Notes: generated by a model not told the origin, from the sequence alone. 64,000 nt of DNA from Candidatus Cloacimonadales bacterium (GCA_963665815.1 OY762463.1:3712001-3776000), one strand, 5' to 3'; counted from the first letter of the stretch, positions 52,600 to 60,907 are shown. Numbers and translations: made by a program.

Positions 52600-52928
52600 T
52601 GTTTCGCAAGAAACACAGCCAAGTATATATAAAAACCTGCTTATATTGGCTATATGGTTTATAAGACCATATGTAATATACTCTCGTAATAAACAAACAC
52701 TTAATCAAATATAGAATTATGGATTGCGGAGACACAATAAGAGAATAAGTTACAAATAGTTTTGGCAAAATCTGCTGTGGCAATGTCATCTAATAATCTG
52801 TCAGATGGCATTGGGAGTGCTAGGCTAACCGAACCAGATGGGTGGGGGACGCTCCGCCCATCAAATTATAAATCTATCACAAAGATCATCACTTACTTGG
52901 CTGCAGGATTATTGCAGCCTTTTTTTTT
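52600..52928 (+). ncRNA. Candidate structured non-coding RNA of unknown family
   Basis: TATAAT at 52590; GNRA-capped hairpin; 10-bp closing stem 52616-52625/52894-52903; three internal stems with plus-strand G-U pairs; terminal terminator. Confidence 0.5.
52899..52928 (+). terminator. Plus-strand intrinsic terminator overlapping the sigma-factor stop codon
   Basis: GGCTGCA-GGATTAT-TGCAGCC followed by T9. Confidence 0.75.
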
Positions 52929-53817
52929 CTTCGATCTCTTTGATTTCTTTATATGAAAAGCTGCCTTTTGGAGCATTACGTATTGTTCTTATCAGTGATT
53001 TGTTTTTAGATTTAAAAAAATTAGGTTTTCTAATATTGAATATTTTTAATCTGTTCAATTTATTTATTTTGAAACCTATGCATAGAAAAAAAACATCTTT
53101 GTTCTCGTCAACACAGAATAAGGTCATTAAATATCCGGATTCATTGATTCTGATTCCCCAGTCTCTTATTGAATGTATACTGAATTCAGGCATATTCTCC
53201 AATTTGAAATCCTGAAAATAACTTTTTAATGATATAAGATTATTTTCTCCGGTTTTCTTTATGAGAAGCTTAATAAAGTTACCCACATTTTCATATTGCT
53301 GATAAGTAAGAATATTCTTTGTCCAGGTTAAACCTTGTTCTTTCAGTATTGCAGCTTTCAAATTTCTCCTCATCCTTTGAACATATTTCTGAGCAGTTTT
53401 CAGCTTTATATCATTTTTTTTTGCAATTTCAGCAGAACTAAGTTGTTTAACGAAATAGTATTTATATATTTTTAAATCCAGTTTACTAAGGTGTTGCCTA
53501 AGTACTTCAAAAGGAATATCATCCTTATGTTTTTCAATTTCCTCATCATATGAAGGAATCTCATAGTTCACTTGTTCCTTAAGTGCTTCAAGTGATCTTA
53601 CTCTTTCACGTTTTTTTAATACATTTAGAGACATGTTATAGGCTACTTTGTACAACCAGCTCTTAGGGTGTTTTATCTCCTGTTCCTGAATGTAAAACTT
53701 ATAAAAGGCGTTCTGAACAATATCTTCTGCATCATCCGTATTTGAAGTTATACTGTATGCATAGTTAAAAATCTGGTATCTCAACTGAGCAAACAGTTGA
53801 TCAGTTATTTTTGTCAT
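52909..53817 (-). CDS. ECF-type sigma-70 factor with a ~150-aa C-terminal extension
   Basis: Region 2 DAEDIVQNAF...SWLYKVAYN; region 4 LSSAEIAKKNDIKLKTAQKYVQRMR; overlaps the selA 3' end by 17 nt. Confidence 0.85.
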   Translation of the reverse strand: MTKITDQLFAQLRYQIFNYAYSITSNTDDAEDIVQNAFYKFYIQEQEIKHPKSWLYKVAYNMSLNVLKKRERVRSLEALKEQVNYEIPSYDEEIEKHKDDIPFEVLRQHLSKLDLKIYKYYFVKQLSSAEIAKKNDIKLKTAQKYVQRMRRNLKAAILKEQGLTWTKNILTYQQYENVGNFIKLLIKKTGENNLISLKSYFQDFKLENMPEFSIHSIRDWGIRINESGYLMTLFCVDENKDVFFLCIGFKINKLNRLKIFNIRKPNFFKSKNKSLIRTIRNAPKGSFSYKEIKEIEEKKRLQ

Positions 53818-55192
53818 ACAGGGAAACCTTCAGGATCCGGGCAACAGAATCAGCAATGTACTGAAAATCTTTTGTATCTATACACAGAACATCAATAAGA
53901 ATAGTTCCTTCTCTTAACACACTCAGAATCGGCTTTTGTAGTTTCAGAAGGTCAAAAAAAAGTGAGTCTGTCTGTCTTGTATTTATATTGAGTTTCACAG
54001 CATAGCTGTTTCTCTTAAAATCAGGTAATGTACCACCACCACATCGTCCGTAGCTTTCTGTTACATCAGAATTTACATTCTCTCCCCTAAGAGTATTTTT
54101 CAAGTTTTCAGCTTTTAACTTCACATCATCATCAGCAAGATTGAGGAGTTTGAATAAGGGCGTATTTTCCATAAGCCTTTCTTCAGAGAAATAATTGGAT
54201 ATAACAGAAATTAACGAGCTGATTGTCAGCTTACCAATTCTATAAGTACGCATAAGCTGGGAGGAGTGAATTTTTTTAACACACTCTGATTTACCTGAGA
54301 TTATGCCAGCCTGTGGTCCACCAAGCAGCTTATCACAACTGAATGTAACAATATCTGCTCCGGCATCAATACAACTTTTTACGTCAGGTTCCTCCAGAGG
54401 AAGAGATTCCGGTTTTCTGAGTAATCCTGAACCAATATCATAGATGACAGGAATGTTGTGTTTTTTGCCAAGCTTAATCAGTTCTTTAAGCTCAACATCA
54501 CTTGTAAAACCGGTTATATGGTAATTAGACTGATGCACTTTAATTATTGCTCCGGTATTCTCGTTGATTGCATTTTCGTAATCCTTGAGATGAGTTCTAT
54601 TAGTAGTGCCTATTTCAACCATTTCAGCACCACTGAGTTTCATTATCTCCGGAATACGGAAAGAACCGCCTATTTCCACGAGTTCACCACGAGACACAAT
54701 CACTTCTTTGTCTTTTGCCAGAGTGTTAAGAGTAAGGAATACAGCTGCAGCATTGTTGTTGACTGCTATGGAATCTTCTGCACCGGTAACATATTTCAGT
54801 ATAGCTTTCAAATGATAGTTACGGTTACCGCGACGACCTTTATCCAGATCAAATTCCAGATTTGAGTAACCGGATACTCTTTCTGCCAGATCATTAATCA
54901 CATTAGGTCCTAAAGGTGATCTGCCAAGATTTGTATGAATGATGATTCCTGATCCGTTAATAACAGGTTTTAATCCGGGTTCGGACAGCTTCTTGATGAA
55001 ATCATAAACGGAATCGATCCAGAACTGTTCGTTAGCATCAGGAATATTGTCTTTCAGCAGCTTATTTTTTTCCAGCTTTATTGCTTCTCTGGCACAATAG
55101 ACTAAAAAGGAATGATCGAAAGTGGATTTGAATTCTGCAAACATGTCATCTTGCAGGAGTTTTTCTATACTTGGAATATTAAGTGCATTCAT
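53801..55192 (-). CDS. selA: L-seryl-tRNA(Sec) selenium transferase
   Basis: VINGSGIIIHTNLGRS, YSNLEFDL, VNNNAAA, SRGELVEIGGSFRIP, FSCDKLLGGPQAG. True start is ATG 55192; the longer ORF in the track runs through the tRNA. Confidence 0.96.
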   Translation of the reverse strand: MNALNIPSIEKLLQDDMFAEFKSTFDHSFLVYCAREAIKLEKNKLLKDNIPDANEQFWIDSVYDFIKKLSEPGLKPVINGSGIIIHTNLGRSPLGPNVINDLAERVSGYSNLEFDLDKGRRGNRNYHLKAILKYVTGAEDSIAVNNNAAAVFLTLNTLAKDKEVIVSRGELVEIGGSFRIPEIMKLSGAEMVEIGTTNRTHLKDYENAINENTGAIIKVHQSNYHITGFTSDVELKELIKLGKKHNIPVIYDIGSGLLRKPESLPLEEPDVKSCIDAGADIVTFSCDKLLGGPQAGIISGKSECVKKIHSSQLMRTYRIGKLTISSLISVISNYFSEERLMENTPLFKLLNLADDDVKLKAENLKNTLRGENVNSDVTESYGRCGGGTLPDFKRNSYAVKLNINTRQTDSLFFDLLKLQKPILSVLREGTILIDVLCIDTKDFQYIADSVARILKVSLYDKNN

Positions 55193-55206
55193 ATTTTCCT
55201 CATTAT

Positions 55207-55301
55207 TGGCCGCGAGGGCAGGAATCGAACCTGCCACAGACGGTGTTATCCGCCTGCTACTGATTTTGCAGACCAGTTGGACCACCAGATCCGTCCTCGC
55301 T
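55207..55301 (-). tRNA. selC: tRNA-Sec-type tRNA with a GCA (Cys) anticodon
   Basis: (A)GCGAGG AC GGAUC-UGGU-GGUCC A ACUGGU-CU GCA AA-AUCAGU A GCAGGCGG-AUAACA-CCGUCUGU G GCAGG-UUCGAUU-CCUGC CCUCGCG G CCA. Extended D stem with 4-nt loop, 6-bp anticodon stem, long variable arm, G73, encoded CCA; anticodon at 55267-55269; ends 14 nt before selA. Confidence 0.9.
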
Positions 55302-55340
55302 ATTAAGAAAGATTGAATATCTTATTCAATTTATTTACTA

Positions 55341-58040
55341 CTAATAATTATTGGCAATCAATTTTTTAACTTGTACGGCTGTAACTTTGTATTCAGGGAT
55401 TTTTGCGACTGGATCAATTTCTTTGTGGGTAAGTCGGTTCGCAGGACTTTCATGGAAATGAAAAGAAATGAAAACCACACCTTTTTTTATTCTATCAGTA
55501 ACTTCAGCTGCAATTGTAATTTCGCCTCTTGCTGATGAAACGGAAACGAATTCGCCATTATCAATACTTCTTTGAGCTGCGTCAAATGGAGATATTTTTA
55601 TTGTTGGAGGTGATAACCGATCGAACTCTTCACTTTTCCTTATCATTGTCCCTGTATGGAATTGATGCGCCAGACGTCCGGTAGTAAGAATCAGTGGGTA
55701 TTCACGGCTGCAAATTTCATAAGGTGGAACATAGTCCACGATTTTAAACTTTGGAAGTCCAATTGGAAAGCTATTTTCGTGAAGAATACTTGTACCAGGG
55801 TGTTCAATATCCGGGCATGGCCACTGAATTCCGTCTTCTTCGGTTCTATCAGATGTAATACCTCTATAGAATGGGATAGTCTCGTTGATTTCTCTGGTAA
55901 TATCCTCAGAATTCGAGTATTCCCAGTTATAACCCATTGCATTAGCGAGGTCAGTAACAATCTTCCAGTCATTTTCAACTAATCCAGGAGCATCAGTTGC
56001 TTTTCTCAGCTTCTGCACTCTACGCTCTGTGTTTGTGAAATGTCCTGTCTTTTCAGAGAAACAGGCTGCCGGTAGAACAATGTCAGCCATTTCAGCAGTT
56101 TCGGTCATGAATATATCCTGAACAATCAGCAAATCAAGGTTTTTAAGAGCTTTAATAGTGTGGGTCTGGTCCGGATCACTCAATACAGGATTTTCTCCCA
56201 TAACGTATATAGCTTTAATATCTCCAGATATGGCACTGTCCAGCATTTCTGTGATCGTTAATCCCGACTTATTGCTAATGTCAGATTTCCAGTAATCTGC
56301 GAATCTTTCTATAGCTTCAGGATTGGATACTTTTGCATAGCCCGGAAGAGTATCCGGAAGACAACCAACATCACAAGCACCCTGTACATTGGATTGTCCC
56401 CTGAGTGGATTGACTCCAGCTCCGGGAATACCAATGTTCCCACACATTAACTGTAGATTTGCCAGAGCGAGTACATTCTGGTATCCAGATGTGTGCTGCG
56501 TTATGCCCATTGCAAAATAAACAGCAGCGGTTTTTGCTTTTCCGAACAGTTCTCCAATCTCGTAAAGTGTTGAAGCTTTAATACCTGCTATCTCTTCAAT
56601 CGTTTCAGGTGCATACTTTGTCATAAGCATCTCATTTTTAAAGAGAGTCCATGAGTCCAAGTCAGTACGAGACTTAATATACTCTGGATCGAACAGGTTC
56701 TTTTTAATAATGACATGTATGATTGAGTTAATCAAAGCAGTATCTGATCCCGGTTTCTGGGATGCATAGATTGAAGCAAATTTTGCCAATTCAATTTTTT
56801 TGGGATCAATTACAATAAGCTTGGTGTTATGAAACTTAACAGCCTGCTTGATTTTGTTTCCAATTATTGGATGAGCGGCTGTTGTGTCAGAACCAATTAC
56901 AAGGATTGCATCAGCTTTATGGATATCCTGTAAATTGTTCGTCATTGCACCACTTCCAAGAGATTCTGCAAGACCTGCAACTGTTGACGCATGACATAAT
57001 CTTGCACAATGATCAACATTATTATTACCTATGCAAGTCCGAAAAAATTTCTGGAAAAGATAATTATCTTCGTTTGAACACTTTGCTGAAGAAAAACCTC
57101 CGATAGCATTACTGCCGTTTTCATTAATAATCTTTTGGAATTTATCAGCAATGATTTCGATTACAGTATTCCAGTCTGTCGGAACATGTTTTCCATTTTG
57201 TTTTATAAGTGGAGTTGTCAAACGTCTGTCAGAATGAACAAATCTGAATCCGAATCTGCCTTTACTGCATAGCATACCGTTATTGACTTCAGAATCCTCA
57301 ACTCCCCTAATGCGAATGATCTCACCGGTTTTCTTGAGTGTATGAATTTCAATGTTGCATCCCACTCCACAATATGTGCAGATGGATCTGATTTTATCAA
57401 TCTCTCTGTCTCGATATGCTCTTTTAGAGTTTTTGTCGTAAATTGCTCCTACAGGACAAAGCTGAGAGCATTCTCCACATTGAACACAACTTGATTCACC
57501 GAGTTTTTTATTGTAGTCTATGGTAATTCTTGTATTTCCACCTCTGTCAGCGAAGTTGATTACTTCGTTAACAACAGTATTGTTACAACCGCTTACACAA
57601 TTCCCACAACTGATGCATTTATCAATGTCTTTTACGATGAACTCAGATGATGTGTCAGGTTTATTAAGTCTTTCACCAATAACATAATCATCCATCTCTG
57701 AATAGAATACTGCATCCTGTAATGCACAATGAAGGTTTGCCGGACAGTTTAGACAGCTATGATTACCTGATTCAAGAATAAGTTTAAGGATCATGGTAAC
57801 TGTATGTCTAACCATTTTGGACTTGGTTCTTACTTCCATGTTCGGTGAGACTGGAGTGGAACATGCAGGTACGAGCCTATTGGCAACTTCAACAAGACAG
57901 ACGCGGCAGTTACCGCAAATTCCTGTTTTAGGGTGATAACACAAGTGAGGAATATACATATTGTTCCTCATGGCGCATTGCAGAATTGTCTCGTTTTCTT
58001 TTGCCTGCAGAACCTGATTGTTAATTTTTATGGAAAACAT
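55341..58040 (-). CDS. fdhF: Formate dehydrogenase alpha subunit (Mo/W-bisPGD) with an N-terminal NuoG/HydA-like FeS module
   Basis: 2Fe-2S, HxCxxC and 2x4Fe-4S motifs; CTYCGVGC; DHCARLCHAST; PLRGQSNVQGACD; KIPEYK. Confidence 0.95.
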   Translation of the reverse strand: MFSIKINNQVLQAKENETILQCAMRNNMYIPHLCYHPKTGICGNCRVCLVEVANRLVPACSTPVSPNMEVRTKSKMVRHTVTMILKLILESGNHSCLNCPANLHCALQDAVFYSEMDDYVIGERLNKPDTSSEFIVKDIDKCISCGNCVSGCNNTVVNEVINFADRGGNTRITIDYNKKLGESSCVQCGECSQLCPVGAIYDKNSKRAYRDREIDKIRSICTYCGVGCNIEIHTLKKTGEIIRIRGVEDSEVNNGMLCSKGRFGFRFVHSDRRLTTPLIKQNGKHVPTDWNTVIEIIADKFQKIINENGSNAIGGFSSAKCSNEDNYLFQKFFRTCIGNNNVDHCARLCHASTVAGLAESLGSGAMTNNLQDIHKADAILVIGSDTTAAHPIIGNKIKQAVKFHNTKLIVIDPKKIELAKFASIYASQKPGSDTALINSIIHVIIKKNLFDPEYIKSRTDLDSWTLFKNEMLMTKYAPETIEEIAGIKASTLYEIGELFGKAKTAAVYFAMGITQHTSGYQNVLALANLQLMCGNIGIPGAGVNPLRGQSNVQGACDVGCLPDTLPGYAKVSNPEAIERFADYWKSDISNKSGLTITEMLDSAISGDIKAIYVMGENPVLSDPDQTHTIKALKNLDLLIVQDIFMTETAEMADIVLPAACFSEKTGHFTNTERRVQKLRKATDAPGLVENDWKIVTDLANAMGYNWEYSNSEDITREINETIPFYRGITSDRTEEDGIQWPCPDIEHPGTSILHENSFPIGLPKFKIVDYVPPYEICSREYPLILTTGRLAHQFHTGTMIRKSEEFDRLSPPTIKISPFDAAQRSIDNGEFVSVSSARGEITIAAEVTDRIKKGVVFISFHFHESPANRLTHKEIDPVAKIPEYKVTAVQVKKLIANNY
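56967..56996 (-). promoter_or_regulatory. SECIS-like hairpin downstream of the active-site UGU codon
   Basis: UGU CAU GCG UCA ACA GU UGCA-GGUCU-UGCA; compare E. coli fdhF UGA CAC GGC CCA UCG GU UGCA-GGUC-UGCA. Confidence 0.55.
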
Positions 58041-58053
58041 AATGTGTCCGGAT

Positions 58054-58088
58054 AAAAAAAAAGAGAGGTATGGGTTTGACCATACCTC
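58054..58088 (-). terminator. Intrinsic terminator between the nuoF/hydB-like gene and fdhA
   Basis: GAGGUAUGG-UCAAAC-CCAUACCUC then UC and U9 on the minus strand. Confidence 0.85.
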
Positions 58089-58100
58089 AAAATGTATTTA

Positions 58101-59954
58101 TTAATCTTGCTCTGCAGCTTCAGCTTGAGCTTTTCTGAATTGAATGATTTCTTCTCGCATTCCGGCGTTCTTATTAACAGCATTAACTGGACATACATCC
58201 ACGCAGTTTCCACATTTAACACAATCAATTTGTTTGATAGTGTATTTTTCTTCTCTGGAACCGGAGATACAGTTTGTCGGGCAGTTTTTAGCACAAAGTG
58301 AACAGCCGATACATTTATCTTTGTCTATATCAAAGTTGATGAGATCAAGACAAACAAGTGTTGAACATTTATTTTCTTTGATATGTTCTTCGTATTCATG
58401 TCTGAAGTATCTTATTGTACTTAAAACAGGATTTGGTGCAGTTTGACCAAGACCACAGAGTGATGTTTGTTTTATAACATTACCAAGCTCAATAAGTCTT
58501 TCGATGTCACCTTCTTTACCTCTACCTGATGTAATGTTATTCAAGATTTCGTGCATATGTTTAAGACCTATTCTACATGGTGTACATTTACCGCATGATT
58601 CTTCAACTGAGAATTCCAGGAAGAATTTGGCAACGTTAACCATACAGTTACTGTCGTCCATAACAATAACACCACCGGAACCCATCATCGCACCTTTTTC
58701 AAGGAGTGACTGATAGTCTATCTGAACGTCAAGGTGATCGTTTGTGAGGCATCCGCCTGAAGGTCCGCCAAGTTGAACAGCTTTAAATGCTTTTCCATTA
58801 GGAATTCCACCACCAACTTCAAAAATAAGTTCTTTAAGACTGATTCCCATTGGAACTTCAACAAGACCGGTATTTTTAACATCACCTGTAAGAGCGAATA
58901 CTTTTGTACCTTTACTTGTTTCAGTACCCATTTGAGAGAACCATTCAGCACCTTTTGTGAATATTGTAGGAAGATTAGCATATGTTTCAACATTGTTAAC
59001 TGCTGTTGGTTTTCCCCAGAGTCCTTCTACTGATGGATATGGTGGTTTTACGGATGGTTGACCTCTTTTACCTTCGATAGAAGCGATAAGAGCTGTTTCT
59101 TCTCCACAGACGAAAGCACCGGCACCGGTTCGTACTTCAGCTTTGAAAGAGAAGTCTGAACCGAAGATGTTATCACCGAGGATACCGAGTTCAAGTGCCT
59201 GACTTATAGCTTGTCTGATACGTTTTATTGCAAGCGGGTATTCAGCTCTGATGTAGAAATATCCTTCGGAAGCTCCGATACAGTATGCAGCAATTGCCAT
59301 ACCTTCAAGTACTCGATGAGGATCTCCTTCAAGGAGTGATCTGTCCATGAATGCTCCAGGGTCACCTTCGTCACCATTACAGATAACGTATTTCTGATCT
59401 GCAACAGGTTTTCTTGTGAGTTCCCATTTCAACGCAGTAGGGAAGCCACCGCCACCACGACCACGTAGTCCTGATTCTTTCACAACACTGATACCATCTT
59501 CTGGTGACAGTTGTGTAACGAGCTTACCAAGAGCTTCGTAACCTCCGAGAGCGATATATTCTTCAATACTTTCAGGATCAAGGTGTCCGCAGTTTTCCAG
59601 AGCAACTTTAACCTGTTTCTTATAGAAAGGAATTTCTTTCTGGTCTACAATAACTTTATTTTCATCTTCTTTAAGCATAAGACGTTGAACCGGACGACCT
59701 TTTATAAAGTGTTCCATTACCATTTCTTCAACATCTTCTACGGTAACTTTCTGATAAAATGTGCCATCAGGATAAATCTTGATAACAGGACCGTAGTCAC
59801 AAGGTCCCATACAGCCTGTTTCAATAATGTTTATTTCATTAAGAATATCATTGGCTTCAAGAACCTGAATCATTTTTTCTTTAATCTTAAGTGCTCCTGC
59901 GGAAACACAACCTGAACCGCAGCATATTAGAACATCAATTCTTTTAACTGGCAT
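58101..59954 (-). CDS. nuoF: NADH/FMN-binding NuoF/HydB-type subunit
   Basis: N-terminal 2Fe-2S; SGLRGRGGGGFP; NGDEGDPGAFMDRS; GGPSGG; SCGKCTPCRIG; C-terminal 2x4Fe-4S. Confidence 0.93.
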   Translation of the reverse strand: MPVKRIDVLICCGSGCVSAGALKIKEKMIQVLEANDILNEINIIETGCMGPCDYGPVIKIYPDGTFYQKVTVEDVEEMVMEHFIKGRPVQRLMLKEDENKVIVDQKEIPFYKKQVKVALENCGHLDPESIEEYIALGGYEALGKLVTQLSPEDGISVVKESGLRGRGGGGFPTALKWELTRKPVADQKYVICNGDEGDPGAFMDRSLLEGDPHRVLEGMAIAAYCIGASEGYFYIRAEYPLAIKRIRQAISQALELGILGDNIFGSDFSFKAEVRTGAGAFVCGEETALIASIEGKRGQPSVKPPYPSVEGLWGKPTAVNNVETYANLPTIFTKGAEWFSQMGTETSKGTKVFALTGDVKNTGLVEVPMGISLKELIFEVGGGIPNGKAFKAVQLGGPSGGCLTNDHLDVQIDYQSLLEKGAMMGSGGVIVMDDSNCMVNVAKFFLEFSVEESCGKCTPCRIGLKHMHEILNNITSGRGKEGDIERLIELGNVIKQTSLCGLGQTAPNPVLSTIRYFRHEYEEHIKENKCSTLVCLDLINFDIDKDKCIGCSLCAKNCPTNCISGSREEKYTIKQIDCVKCGNCVDVCPVNAVNKNAGMREEIIQFRKAQAEAAEQD

Positions 59955-59969
59955 TTTTCCTCCGTAGGA

Positions 59970-60338
59970 TTACTTGCTCTCGGTTGAGATTACATAGTCT
60001 TCACAAACAAAACCGTTAATAATATGACTTTCAACAACTTTGACAGCTTTTTCAGAATCCATTTTTCCATAAGTTATTGTTGGCTTTCCTTCTTCAATAA
60101 TATCAACAACAGGCTCCATGGAAGATAAGCCTTTTTCACCTGTTTGAGTAACAAGTACATCAGTGAGATTATGTCTTGTAATTTCGTTGAGGAAAGTTTT
60201 CATAACATCTCTGGCTCCCATAGCAATTCCGGATGTTCCCATTCCAACAACAATTTTGATTCTATGATCTGAACTTCGGAGCTTCATTTCATTCTGTGCT
60301 TTTTCTCTGATTTTTCTCAATTCTTCCAAAGTTTTCAT
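59970..60338 (-). CDS. HydD-like thioredoxin-type ferredoxin subunit lacking its usual Cys ligands
   Basis: KTLEELRKIREKA, VGMGTSGIAMGAR, QTGEKGLSSMEP, VESHIING. Confidence 0.8.
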   Translation of the reverse strand: MKTLEELRKIREKAQNEMKLRSSDHRIKIVVGMGTSGIAMGARDVMKTFLNEITRHNLTDVLVTQTGEKGLSSMEPVVDIIEEGKPTITYGKMDSEKAVKVVESHIINGFVCEDYVISTESK

Positions 60339-60907
60339 TAGATTTCCTCCAGTTTTGTCATTTTCAATCCTTCAAGTAATGTCTCTTCAATAAAAGATAT
60401 CACATCAGGATATGTAATCGGTATACCACCGAGTTCTTCCTTTATCTCTTTTGTTTTCAATTCAAATACTTTTTTACCTGAAAATCCGATTCTCTCATAA
60501 TAAATATCAAAGTCTGCTTCAGAATGACCGATTATTGCCCCAAGCAAAGTATCTGTTATGTTTCCGAGAGGCATACGATCAATACTATCAAGTTGGAAAA
60601 CAGCTTTAAGTTTAGTGCCTTCACCCGGTTTGCTGTAAACATCAAAACTGCCATTGCAGTTTTCAGCATTCTGCTTGAGTAAAGGTACGCCTAAGCCAAT
60701 CTTCTTTTGTCTTTCGACTTTGGTTGTGTAAAACGGATTTACAACATGTTCCAGAACTTCTTCGTCCATTCCGGTTCCATCATCTTCAACTCCGATCGTA
60801 ATAGTGTTGCGTCTAATGTCAGCTTTAATGGACACCTTGACACAAGTTGCTTTTGCTCGTACAGAGTTTTCTATCAGATCGAGAATATGAAGTGATAAAT
60901 CCTGCAT
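60338..60907 (-). CDS. Histidine-kinase-like ATPase of hyd-type operons
   Basis: LSLHILDLIENS, DDGTGM, PFYTTK, GLGVPLL, IDRMPLG. Confidence 0.88.
   Translation of the reverse strand: MQDLSLHILDLIENSVRAKATCVKVSIKADIRRNTITIGVEDDGTGMDEEVLEHVVNPFYTTKVERQKKIGLGVPLLKQNAENCNGSFDVYSKPGEGTKLKAVFQLDSIDRMPLGNITDTLLGAIIGHSEADFDIYYERIGFSGKKVFELKTKEIKEELGGIPITYPDVISFIEETLLEGLKMTKLEEI

Noticed and set aside
52760..52862. c-di-GMP-I/II, T-box, SRP or other known riboswitch
   Set aside because: Only fragments match (GGCAAA, GGAG...AACCG, GGGACGC); the core consensus and pseudoknot are missing and there is no downstream same-strand gene.
52762..53215. Plus-strand ORFs 52762-52956 and 52838-53215
   Set aside because: No SD or recognisable motifs; they overlap the structured region and run antisense to the sigma gene.
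55193..55285. 31-aa N-terminal extension of SelA in the ORF track
   Set aside because: It overlaps the tRNA gene; ATG 55192 preceded by GAGGA is the plausible start.
55207..55301. Ordinary tRNA-Cys or selC*-type tRNA-Cys
   Set aside because: G73 rather than U73, a long variable arm, a Sec-type D arm and a position next to selA all favour a Sec-type tRNA.
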